Part shown: positions 45,365-58,219 of the stretch, piece by piece | Layout of the letters: each line of letters opens with the position of its first letter | Numbering within the stretch: the first letter of the stretch is position 1 | Assembly (NCBI GenBank): GCA_964016885.1 | Contig: OZ024754.1 | Span: forward strand, 18,042,001-18,106,000 | DNA length: 64,000 nucleotides | Reading direction: 5' to 3' | From: Eledone cirrhosa | Lineage: Eukaryota | Translations under genes and position numbers: made by a program | Notes under the pieces: model-generated | The model's input: only the letters and a program-made list of their open reading frames with translations | What the model was told of the DNA's origin: nothing | Databases searched by the model: none

Positions 45365-47049
45365 TTATGTAGGGGTAGGAGAAATGGGAGAGAGTGGTTT
45401 GAAGAATACAGATAGCTTAATCTAAATGTTGTGATAGGGGTCCAACAAGTGGTTTTATTATACTGCTTACTCTCAAAGTGACAACTTAGGCATTGTGTTG
45501 ATATTATCAAGTTTGGAATTATTTATTGCCACAGAGAGCAGGTTAATAGATGTAGAGAAGGAGGGAGATAGACAGAGGGAGAGAGAGACAGAGAGAGATA
45601 GATAGAGAGAGAGAGAGAGAGAAAGAAAAAAGTTAAGAGAAGGGGAAGGAAAGGCATAAACACAAGTTGATAGTTGTAGTTTGCTGATCATGCTTAAGTA
45701 TCCATTTATTACGATGAGTAAGGTACTGGTTAGTAGTGTGTGTGAGGAGGGGGGGGGGATATAATTAGGAAGTAGTTATTGAGTGAAATTAGTTAGCGAG
45801 AAAGTGGTGTAGTAGTCTGAGGTTCAAATTATGTTAAGTTAATTTAGCCTTCAGTTTGTGGTTGCAGTATAACGATCGTTCGATTCTGTCATTTAGTAAA
45901 TTGTTTTTAAGCTATCATACTCCACTGCACCAAACCTAGAAGCACACATAAAAAAACTTAACTTAAAGTGATTATTAAACAACACTACAAAACAAAATAT
46001 TTTAGACACAGATGGGGATAATGTAATATCAACTTCCCAACAACCAAATGGGAGACAAGTATTACACAACCCACTTGTACTGTTATCCCAACCTATCCAT
46101 CGTACAGTTGTTACCTATAACAAAAACTGTAATTGCCACCTACCCGAGAGATGCCCATTGAAGAATAAATGCCTGGAGTCCAACATTGTTTATCAATGCA
46201 CTGTTGAATCAAACGACCAGAAATGGTATTACGTTGGGTCTACCACTACCTCCTTTAAATCACGCTGGTATCGTCATCGATTTTCAATTAAACATCCTGA
46301 ACACTGTTATGTAACTACACTCGCTAATAAGACCTGGCAACTCCGTGAATACAACCGGCAGTTCACCCTAAAATGGGATAAATCATCCAGCGCTAGTGCA
46401 TATCGGAGTGGATTAAAATACTGCAGATTATGCAACCTTGAACTTTTTTATATCTTGAAATCTAAAAACAATTTACTAAATGACAGAATCGAACGATCGT
46501 TATACTGCAACCACAAACTGAAGGCTAAATTAACTTAACATAATTTGAACCTCAGACCACTACACCACTTTCTCGCTAACTAATTCCACTCAATACTTAC
46601 TTCCTAACTATACTCCCCCTCCCCATACTACTAACCAGTACCTTGCTTATCGTAATAAATGGATACTTAAGTACGATCAGCAAACTACAACTATTAACTC
46701 AGTGTATTTCCTTCCCCTTCCTAACTTTTTTCTCTCTCTCTCTCTCTATCTCCCTCCTTCTCTACATCTATTAACCTGCTCTCTGTGGCAATAAATAATT
46801 CCAAACTTGATAATATCAACACAATGCCTAAGTTGTCACTTTGAGAGTAAGCAGTATAATAAAACCACTTGTTGGACCCCTATCACAACATTTAGATTAA
46901 GCTATCTGAATTCTTCAAACCACTCTCTCCCATTTCTCCTACCCCTACATAACTCTCTCTCTCTCTCCCTCCCTCTCGCTTTCTTTCTCTCTTCCTTTTC
47001 TACTCTATCTTCCCCAATTACTCCCTTTAAGAAATACAAAGAAACCATA
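45256..47049 (+). mobile_element. 5'-truncated Penelope-like element with 5' inverted copy of its 3' end
   Basis: GIY-YIG ORF 46158-46538 (NIVYQCTV...YYVGSTTTSFKSRWYRH...CRLCNLE); 45256-45908 is the reverse complement of 46464-47049. Confidence 0.9.
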
Positions 47050-47310
47050 ATTCAGCCATTCCTTCTGAAGAATTGATGGTACGAACAGCATTTGAAAATT
47101 GAGTATCTGCAAATTAATAACTACCAATTTGCATATAGCATGACTAGGCTGTGTAACTACTAAAGAAACATTTGTAAACACTTGGAATAAATTACCTTTT
47201 TATGATGTCTACCTGTTTTATTAATCATTCTTTATATATATGCAACAAAGGAGGTGTGGTAAGGAACCAGATGGACCGTAACGCACCAGAGTACTCAATA
47301 CTTAGGGTAA

Positions 47311-47449
47311 TAGGAAAATGTTTGACCCCGACAGCAGAGCTCAAGCCGTTTCGACGGCTATTTCTGGACTAAATTCAGTCTGGACTGAAATCAGTCCAGA
47401 AATAGGCGTTGAAACGGCTTGAGCTCAGCCGTTGGGGTCAAACATTTTC

Positions 47450-47452
<3 letters not shown>
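47311..47452. repeat. 142-bp palindrome/foldback
   Basis: TAGGAAAATGTTTGACCCC...GGGGTCAAACATTTTCCTA; arms pair almost to the centre. Confidence 0.9.
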
Positions 47453-47482
<30 letters not shown>

Positions 47483-47939
47483 CACAAAGCGGACGTAAAT
47501 TGATGATGATGATATATATATACAATATATTAACAAATGGAAACTATATTCATAAAACCATATTTATTTCATTATACATATTTCAAGGGCCACCTGAACA
47601 AACCATGGTGCGCTTTCATCAGATAAAATATAATATAGGTTAGTTTTATAAATAAATATTGACATACCCTTAAAAAATGCAACCAATCTGGTTGGAATCT
47701 CCTATGTCAACATGAATGGACCTGTTATTTTTATCTCAACACATTTTATCCCCCCCCCCCGTCTTCTCAATCTATCTTATTTCTCATTCTTTCTTCTGAT
47801 AAAGGATCAGTGTCCATTAAGACCCTCTTCCGGCTATATCAAGAGTTAACCTAATATATCCCTTCCATATACTGTACTGGTTGTGTTGTTATTTCTGTTT
47901 ACCTTTTATATACATATGTGTGATTATGTATATATATAT

Positions 47940-47970
<31 letters not shown>

Positions 47971-48004
47971 CATATATACACATATATATCCATATATATA
48001 TAAA

Positions 48005-48066
<62 letters not shown>

Positions 48067-48358
48067 ATTGTGTATGTATATCTGTATATATGTGTGTATA
48101 TGTATATATATATGTATGTATGTAGATATATATATATATATGTATGTTTATATGTATATAAACATACATATATATATACATATATATATATATATACATA
48201 TATTTATATCTACATACATACATATATACATATACACACATATATATATACAGATATACATACACAATTATATATATATATGCATATATATATATATATG
48301 TATATGTATCTGTATATTTATTCATATATATATATATACATATATATATATACACACA

Positions 48359-48412
<54 letters not shown>

Positions 48413-48472
48413 AACATATACATGTATATACACATATATGTATATACACATATATATATACACACACATATA

Positions 48473-48818
48473 TCATCATTTCATCATCATTTCATTTTAC
48501 GTCTGCTTTTTCCCTGCTTGCAAGGGTGGGACGGGAACTGATTCTGGCTTGATTTCTATAGCTGGATGCCCTTCCTAACACCAACCTCATTTACAGTGAG
48601 TGCTGGGTGCTTTTATGCCGTGGCACCTCCACGACCACTTTGCAGTGGAATGAAAGGGATCGCTGTCCCTATCATCTCATTTCTACAGCTGAGTAAACTG
48701 GAGCAATGTGAAATAAAGTGACTTGCTCAAGGAAACAACACATCACCCGGTCTGAGAATTGAACTCACAACCTTTCGATTGCAAGGCCAATGCTCTAACC
48801 ACTAAGCCATGTGCCTCC
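48473..48818 (-). mobile_element. tRNA-headed SINE with RTE-derived 3' tail, copy 2
   Basis: Near-identical to 39615-39949. Confidence 0.8.
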
Positions 48819-48898
48819 ATCTACATATGTGTGTATCTATATATATACATATATAGATACACACATATATATATATATATACATATATAGATACATAT

Positions 48899-49800
48899 AT
48901 ATATGAATGAAAATAGACCGAGAAACGGGACTGTCCATCATCAGTAGTCTGCTGTTTATCATTGGTATTTCTTCGCATTAAAGACTAGATAACTCAAAAT
49001 CAGTGCGAGCAATAACTAAAATAAGTTATCGGGACAGAGCGAATTGAAAGGGGAAAGTAAACAAACAACATGATAGTAATGCAACGTAAAGAGAGGAAAA
49101 GAGAGACAAGTCAGTGAATCTTGTGCTCTTAAGTCCGAACAAATCAATCGATGAGAAGAGGCAGACGCGTCCAGACCACGCGAAAAGCAAGAGAAAAGGA
49201 TTTCACACAGGTGAGATGGGAGGAAGTGAGAGAGGGGGAGTAGCAGAAAGTGAGTGAGTGAAAGTGTAAGGAAGATGCCAGCCGAGAGGGTGAAAGAAAG
49301 CAAGAGGTACAAGGAGAGAGAAGGGGGGGGGGAGAGAGAAAGAGGATAGCAGTGGTTCGTATTTTTTCTATCACCTTACTGCTATCCTCTTTCTCTCTCC
49401 TTGTACCTCTTGCTTTCTTTCAACCCCTCTGCTGGTCACACACTCTCTGCTACTCCCCCTCTCTCACTTCCTCCCATCTCACCTGTGTGAAATCCTTTTC
49501 TTTCTCACTTTCCGCGTGGTCTGGACGCGTCTGCCTCTTCTCGTCGATTGATTTGTTCGGACTTAAGAGCACAAGATTCACTGACTTGTCTCTCTTTTCC
49601 TCTCTTTACGTTGCATTACTATCATGTTGTTTGTTTACTTTCCCCTTTCAATTCGCTCTGTCCCGATAACTTATTTTAGTTATTGCTCGCACTGATTTTG
49701 AGTTATCTAGTCTTTAATGCGAAGAAATACCAATGATAAACAGCAGACTACTGATGATGGACAGTCCCGTTTCTCGGTCTATTTTCATTCATATATATAT
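48899..49800. repeat. Near-perfect ~430-bp-arm inverted repeat with ~25-bp spacer
   Basis: 48899-49353 is the reverse complement of 49377-49800 apart from small indels. Confidence 0.92.
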
Positions 49801-49970
49801 ATATGTATATATACACATATATAGATACATATATATATACACATATATATGCATCATCATCATCATCATCATCACTGTTTTACGTCCGTTCTTCCACGCT
49901 AGCATGGGTTAGACGTATATATACATATATATATATATGCATATATATATATACACAGACATATATAAAC

Positions 49971-50011
<41 letters not shown>

Positions 50012-50500
50012 ATTATACATATATATATACACACATACACATATATATATACATACATATATATACACACATACACATATATATATATATACATACATAT
50101 ATATATACATATATATACATACATATACACATATACATACATATACACATATATCTATCTATCTATCTATATATATATATATATGGATACACATATATAT
50201 ATATACATACATATACAAATATATACATAAACATATATATACCTATACATATATATACGTAAACACATATATGCATATATATATATATATACATCTACAT
50301 ATATATATATATATATATACATCTACATATACATACACATATATATACATATACACACATATATATACATACAAATATATATCCATACGCACACACACGC
50401 ATATATGTATATGTTAGGTAATTCCGAAGGAAAAAAGAGTGTTCTATGTATAGAACAGAGCTATTTAATTAGAAAGTGAACAACACAAAATATAACTACT

Positions 50501-50564
50501 CCATTACCAAAGGTTTCTGGATCCCAGACGATAATAATATTCATCTGGATCAGTCGTCAGACAG
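50501..50564 (-). ncRNA. Degenerate type I hammerhead within a foldback
   Basis: ctgt-CTGACGA-ctgatccaga...tctgggatcca-GAAA-cc ttt gg-TA-atgg; same stem III as 28441; stem I relies on G-U pairs. Confidence 0.55.
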
Positions 50565-50673
50565 AGATGTTATAACATCATTGTCAGATGACCCATCCAG
50601 AAATATATCATTGTCTGGAATCCAGAAACCTTTGTTATATTCTGTGTTGTTCACTTTCTAATTAAATATATAT

Positions 50674-50770
<97 letters not shown>

Positions 50771-50970
50771 ATATTGTACCTCTTTGCTAAAATGTAATCA
50801 CAAATTGAGCTGAAAGAATATTTGATTAAACATTAAACATGTTTTCTGAAATGTCACCCAAAACTATTGAATAAAACTGTATGAGAACTTTTGTTCTATT
50901 TTAATAATAATAATTTTGATTAAATGCGTAATATCTTATTTTTAGCATTTCTATTTAAACTTGCTAAATT

Positions 50971-51005
<35 letters not shown>

Positions 51006-52710
51006 AAATCAAATTTTAAAATGTCATGTTAACAATTTTGAAAAGCAGTTTTCTATGTAAGTTTGAAATTAAATATATTTTCTGCTCTCAGGTTGTATTA
51101 TTTTACTATTTGTACAGAAACAATTAACTATTTATTTTAAATTTAATTTCATGTGTGATCTTGAATTGTTGAGTTGATCTTAGAAGAACAGAAACCAAAA
51201 CTGGGACAGGATTAATTGGGGTGTTATACAGACCATTCCTTAACATTGATTCCATTGAATAACAATTGTAATTAGACTAACAATCCAGGTTTATAGCTTT
51301 ACATATTTTCAACTCCTTACCTAAAAAGGGGGCAGAGGGAATTAACTACACCTTTAGAACAGCAAAATAAAAGGACGTTTGGACATTGGACAATACTGAA
51401 AAAGACATACAACGAAACAAAACAAATAAATACACAGAAAACTAAAGCCATACCAAAACTTTCAATGGAAAAAAATTAAAACCAACCGAAAATTCCCCAT
51501 TTTTCTAAATTAAAAACAGAAAACACTGGCTTAAATTAAATAAGCTAAGCCCTTGGGGATTGATTCAGAAAAAGAAAATGCTGCCCAGTGTGTAATTTTG
51601 AATACAATAAAATATATATCTTAAAATAACATTGCATAATAATCTAAAACAAAAAAACAAAAACAAAAAAAAAACAATCAATTATTGTAATCAGGATTGA
51701 ATTAATTTTAGATCATAAAATAAAATAAGAAATAAGAAAAAAAGCGTAATATATAAAAAATATGTTTGGGTAATACTTACAAATGAAAAACGATGACATA
51801 CAAATATAAACTCATGCTCAAATAAAACAAAAATATAAATTTAATTTTTGGTAAAAACAAAACAAAAAACGAAAGTTGCAAACAAAATTAGAAGAGTTTT
51901 AAAGGGGTTAGTGTAACGTATAATGTGTCTATTGAAAAGGGAATCTCAATGGTGACAGGGCAATGCCAGTTGTTGGAGGAATGGTAAGGCTGGTGAAAAC
52001 AAAATTGAAGATAAAGAAATGAAAGCAGAAACAAAAAATAAAGTGAGTTGGTAAGATCAAATATTATCTGAAATAGTTAACAGCTATTGCACTAGTTTGG
52101 TAATGTACTGGATAGAAAGTGTGCATTCAGTACCACCAATGGCTATTGTATTAGTTTGGTACTACACTATATAGAAAGTAAATGTGCACCAGGTAATTAC
52201 CACCAACAGCTAGTGTATTGGTACTATATTGTAGAGAAACTAAGTGTGCATGTAAACTATTAAAGCTAACAGCTGTTGGTATTATACTGTATAAAAACTG
52301 TGTACCAGAGTTACCAGCAACAGTTACTGTATTAGTATTACAGTGTATAGAAAGTGTGCATCAGGCCATGACCACTAAAGTAATGTGTGTGATACAGCTT
52401 GTGTAGTGAGAGAATCTATTTTAATAGTGAATTGTTAAGTTGAGAAGATAAATGTGATATCATGCAATGAAGCTGAGAAGTGACGGAATGAGGACAGGAA
52501 TATTAGAGAAATAATAAGGCAGGGTGCAGGACACAGGTAATGAATGATAAAAGAAGGACAATTACAGTTGTTTTAGTTAGGACAGGGATATCAGATTATG
52601 TATGCATGAATGGGAGGAGCAAGAGAAAGGGATGGAGTGAGATAGAGAGAGATATAAACACCGTAATCTGGCCCAAGCATGCCCAAAACAAAAATTCAAA
52701 ATACACATAC

Positions 52711-52740
52711 CAATATTCCCCTCTGGCTCATTAGCAAGCA
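52711..52740 (-). CDS. ATP2B: Candidate 30-nt PMCA splice-site-A cassette microexon (xLANEPEGNI)
   Basis: ttgttctttctgtttttattag|TGCTTGCTAATGAGCCAGAGGGGAATATTG|gtatgt; open and symmetric in phase 1, the phase required by exon 15233. Confidence 0.6.
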
Positions 52741-53756
52741 CTAATAAAAACAGAAAGAACAAATTGAATTAACTTAAGATGTAAAGCTGTAGAGTGATTA
52801 ACCAACAAAATCATGAAAAATAATAAAGCTGCTGTAGATTATAAAAGAAATGTAAAAATCATAAATAAAAAACAAAATATAGATTGGTATGTACACAATC
52901 GTTCTTATTAATTCTGGTGCAAAATGCAGTAAAATCTTGGTAATGGTTACTAATATCAAATACTGTCTACAGTAGCAGACATTTAAATAGGAAGTAATTT
53001 ATATATACTTTATAGAAGAGAGAATTTTGCTATAATAAATGACATCAAGATTTTTCTGCAAATTATATCAACAATGTAAATATTTACAAAGAGATGTGTA
53101 CATACCGACAAAAATAAAAAGTAATAAAAACTGAAATATTTATCAGTACTAGTAACATGGGACAATGTAGTGCCTTCATATCCTAAAAAGGAAAAAAGGA
53201 ACACACACACACTGGCATTAACAGCACATCACTCTGGCTTATAATTATAACAATTAAAACTAGTCAGTCTTGAATTAATTAATAATTAACTGCCATATTG
53301 TAGAAGTGGATATTTTAACACTTGTTACCAACTTGCCAAAAACCGCCTCTGGTTCTATGACCCCACCTCCCTCCCAACAAAAAACCCATCCATTTTAAAA
53401 GGTCCTTATTTAAATTAAAATTTTGAATCATAATTTGACATGAGAACTTTTTGTTAAGTTATACCTTAAGTTATACCTATACAAATACCTTCTTAATAAT
53501 AAATAGTAAATCGCTCCAAATTCTTCATTAATTTAAGTGCAGTGTACGTTATTAGATATATGATAATGAAAGAGATATTTCTTTTCACCATTAAATTATG
53601 CATAGCATCTATTTCATATCCTCTTTTATTTTGTATATTGAAGACAACAGAATGTCTCATATTATTCTTGACATACAGCACTTTTTAAAAACTACCTTAT
53701 TAGAAATAATGACATTAAATTAATTAAATTAAACAACATTTTGGTTTAGATTTTTG

Positions 53757-55442
53757 CCCAGTATAGTATTATTGAAATTATAAACTTATTCTTAGCTTTT
53801 TACAAAGTATAGTATTATTGAAATTATAAACTTATTCTTAGCTTTTTACCCAGTATAGTATTATTGAAATTATAAACTTATTCTTAGCTTTTTTCCCAGT
53901 ATAGTATTATTGAAATTTTAAACAAATTCTTAGAGTTTTGCCCAGTATTGTATTATTAAAATTATAAACTAATTCTTAGAGTTTTTCCCAGTATAGTATT
54001 ATTGAAATTATAAACTAATTCTTAGAGTTTTACTCAGTATAGTATTATTGAAACTATAAACTAATTCTTAGAGTTTTTCCCAGTATAGTATTATTGAAAC
54101 TATAAACTAATTCTTAGAGTTTTACTCAGTATAGTATTATTGAAACTATAAACTAATTCTTAGAGTTTTTCCCAGTATAGTATTATTGAAACTATAAACT
54201 AATTCTTAGAGTTTTTCCCAGTATAGTATTATTAAAATTATAAACTAATTCTTAGAGTTTTACCCAGTATAGTATTATTGAAACTATAAACTAATTCTTA
54301 GAGTTTTTCCCCGTATAGTATTATTAAAATTATAAACTAATTCTTAGAGTTTTACCCAGTATAGTATTATTGAAACTATAAACTAATTCTTAGAGTTTTT
54401 CCCAGTATAGTATTATTGAAACTATAAACTAATTCTTAGAGTTTTTCCCAGTATAGTATTATTAAAATTATAAACTAATTCTTAGAGTTTTACTCAGTAT
54501 AGTATTATTGAAACTATAAACTTATTCAGTATAGTATTATTAAAATTATAAACTAATTCTTAGAGTTTTATCCAGTATAGTATTATTGAAACTATAAACT
54601 AATTCTTAGAGTTTTTCCCAGTATAGTATTATTAAAATTATAAACTAATTCTTAGAGTTTTACCCAGTATAGTATTATTGAAACTATAAACTAATTCTTA
54701 GAGTTTTTCCCAGTATAGTATTATTGAAACTATAAACTTATTCAGTATAGTATTATTAAAATTATAAACTAATTCTTAGAGTTTTACCCAGTATAGTATT
54801 ATTGAAACTATAAACTAATTCTTAGAGTTTTACCCAGTATAGTATTATTAAAATTATAAACTAATTCTTAGAGTTTTTCCCAGTATAGTATTATTGAAAC
54901 TATAAACTAATTCTTAGAGTTTTTCCCAGTATAGTATTATTAAAATTATAAACTAATTCTTAGAGTTTTACCCAGTATAGTATTATTGAAACTATAAACT
55001 AATTCTTAGAGTTTTACTCAGTATAGTATTATTGAAACTATAAACTTATTCAGTATAGTATTATTAAAATTATAAACTAATTCTTAGAGTTTTACCCAGT
55101 ATAGTATTATTGAAACTATAAACTAATTCTTAGAGTTTTTCCCAGTATAGTATTATTAAAATTATAAACTAATTCTTAGAGTTTTACCCAGTATAGTATT
55201 ATTGAAACTATAAACTAATTCTTAGAGTTTTACTCAGTATAGTATTATTGAAACTATAAACTAATTCTTAGAGTTTTACCCAGTATAGTATTATTGAAAC
55301 TATAAACTTATTCAGTATAGTATTATTAAAATTATAAACTAATTCTTAGAGTTTTACCCAGTATAGTATTATTAAAACTATAAACTAATTCTTAGAGTTT
55401 TACCCAGTATCGTATTATTGAAATTATAAACTAATTCTTAGA
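53757..55442. repeat. 46-bp AT-rich minisatellite, about 38 units
   Basis: CCCAGTATAGTATTATT(G/A)AAA(C/T)TATAAACTAATTCTTAGAGTTTT(A/T); four identical 32-bp deletion variants. Confidence 0.97.
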
Positions 55443-55953
55443 AATTGTATTAAAGAAAAAAGAAAAAAGAAAAATTCAGTTTTAATAATTCGGTAGCTTG
55501 GAAAAACAAACTATGAATAAAGTTAGAGAATTACAAACTGATCAATACTTGTAAATCAGTATTGATCAGCAATCAATACATAGGAAATATATTGGGTGTG
55601 ACACACAAAATTGAAAAGTTGTTAATGCTTTGGCAATAAGTAATGTATTTTTTATGAACTAATGCAGAGCTGTGGAGTTATGTGTGGCGTTGTTACATAT
55701 GTGTGGCTGTTGTGAGGTATGTGTGGGTGTGACGTGTGGCAGTTGTAAGATGTGTGATATGTGTGGGAGTTGTAGGAGTTGTGAGATGTGTGTGGGAGTT
55801 GTGAGATAATGTGTGGGAGTTGTGAGATAATGTGTGGTGTTGTGAAATCATGATGAGTGTGCATAAATGCTAATAATGATTCAGTCACACAGCTTAGTCA
55901 TTATTTAGAGTGGAGGTACTTTATCTGAACTTATAGCAGGTAAAAAGCTCACA

Positions 55954-55995
<42 letters not shown>

Positions 55996-56117
55996 TTATT
56001 AAAATAATAGATTAAAGTTTAAAAGCGGAATAAATATTTGCTCTATGGATTTTATATATAAATTATCCTTATTGAGCCCTCTTCGGATTTTAGTCTTCAC
56101 ATTTATTATTATAATTA

Positions 56118-56578
56118 TCATCATCATTTTACGTCCGCTTTTCCCTGCTTGCAAGGGTGGGACGGGTCTTATTCAGCACAGCATCTCTCCACTTGTCACG
56201 GCCCTTCATCATCTCCACCGTGAGCTTCAGCGATCTGAGGTCTGTTCTCACCACCTCCGCTCATGTTTTTTGTGGTCTACCTCTACCACGTCTTCCTTCA
56301 ACTGGCATTTCCTGGCACTTCTTCAGCCATCGGTCATCCTCCATGCACATCACATGTCCATACCACCTCAGTCTCCTCTCCCGTACACTACATTCTATCC
56401 CTCTCAGACACAGTTTCTCTCTCAACACATTCATGCTGGGTCGTTCACGCACATTGACATTGCACATCCAATGGAGCATGCTTGCCTCATTTCTCTCCAG
56501 CCGTCGCATATCCTCTGCAGTTGGTGCCCATGTCTCACTACCAGGCAGCATCGCGCTCCTCACACAGGCATCATATAA
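56118..56578 (-). mobile_element. RTE LINE 3' fragment
   Basis: ETWAPTAEDMRRLERNE...[10 protein letters not shown]; tail at 56118. Confidence 0.9.
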
Positions 56579-56857
56579 CTCAAAATAGTCTCTTACAACA
56601 AAATAGCTCTAAGAGATATTTCTGAGCCATATATTATAATAGAATATAAAAGAAAATATAAAAGTTCCTAACTCAATATATACCGTTGATATATTCGGCT
56701 CCGTTAATTTGTTGAGCTATTTCAAATGTCGAATAAACCTGGCTGCTATTTTTAGTGGTGTAAGTTTGTGAGACACGCTAAGATACCATGTGCGCTATTA
56801 TATATAGCACACTATTCAGTTTCTTAATATACTTAGAAGTGTCTAGGATACTAATTC

Positions 56858-56935
56858 ATCACCCACTGATGAGCTTGAATTGGTAATTTTATTCACAATT
56901 AACATTGCGAAACAACACCAAGTTGTCTGGGTGAT
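56858..56935 (+). ncRNA. Type I hammerhead ribozyme with full stem III, paralog of 44503
   Basis: atcaccca-CTGATGA-gc...gc-GAAA-caac accaa gttg-TC-tgggtgat. Confidence 0.85.
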
Positions 56936-57606
56936 TGGTAGTTACCACAATTCTGGTTTGTATTTATTTTCTTGCTTTTTTCTTAAATTGAGACAAGCAA
57001 ACCCTATTGTCTATAGTTAGTATTCTTTTCACCTTAGCGAATCTGGTCCCTTACGATTTGAACACATATATGTATATATCTGTGTTCGTTTTTCTTTTAT
57101 ATTCTATTATAATATACGGCTGGGAAATATCTCTTTCTTAGAGCTATTTTGTTGTAAGAGACTATTTTGAGTTCCTAACTCAATATATACATTTGATATA
57201 TATAGTACTTTATATATATTTCACATAATTATCTCACAGAATATTGAATCTATGAGATTTTGATATTATTTATTTTGAGAACAATAGTTTAATACCAGTA
57301 TGAGTGACTTGTTATGGCTAGTTTGAGCAGAAAGAAACAAGAGAATTCTGGCTGGATATGGTCAATTTAAATGCTAAAGGGTTAAAGTAGTTATCTTTAT
57401 AAATAAAACACAAGGTTATATTATAACCACTTTGTTATAATAGCTTAGACATGGAAGTGGCAATTTCATATCTTCCTCCAAACCCATTCCTTTTATTGTT
57501 GACAAGATGTTCAGTGTTCATGCAACACTGATCTATAGCTACCTACCTATGTATCTATGTTCGGATAATACAACATCTATCTACTTGTCTATCTATCTAC
57601 CTACTT

Positions 57607-57738
57607 CCCCCCCTATTGGGGATTTTGATTGTTGTAATTGTTTGTTTTTATATTTTTTACACGACTGTATGTAAAATCCCCGGCATGTCTTTGTATTGTC
57701 TCCTTTTCTTGTGCGCCCTTGTGGCAAATAAAGAAATA
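57607..57738 (+). mobile_element. Short 5'-truncated copy of the same Tx1-like 3' UTR with 17-bp TSD
   Basis: Reverse complement of 58930-59065; TATCTATCTACCTACTT at both 57590-57606 and 57739-57755. Confidence 0.8.
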
Positions 57739-58219
57739 TATCTATCTACCTACTTACTTATCTGTCTAAATATATATTTGTTTATTTATCTCTTTGTCGA
57801 TCTACCTGTCTTTCAATCTAGGATTATCTATATACCAACATATCTATACCTATCTACCTGTCTTTTAATCTAGAATTATCTACCTATCTACCAACTTATC
57901 TCCATACCTATCTACCTGTCTTTTAATCTTGGATTATCTACCTATTTACCAACATATCTGTATATCTATCTACCTCTCTAATTATATATCTACAGCTAAC
58001 CCTTCTCAATCTATCTACCAGTCTAATTATATATATCTACCGCTAACCCTTCTCCATCTATCTATCTACCAACATATCTGTATACCTATCTACCTATCTA
58101 ATTATATATCTACAGATAACCCCTCTCTTTCTATATATATATCTACTTATCTCTCAGTTTATGTATATCTAACTCTCGACTTATCTATCTCACAATCACT
58201 CTCTCTCTATATATATACA

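Noticed and set aside
50976-51002. Poly(A) run as a retrocopy tail
   Set aside because: No upstream recognisable mRNA or TE body and no TSD; treated as a homopolymer.
53757-55442. CRISPR-like regular array
   Set aside because: Units are contiguous with no unique spacers, there are no cas genes, and the context is a eukaryotic intron; it is a minisatellite.
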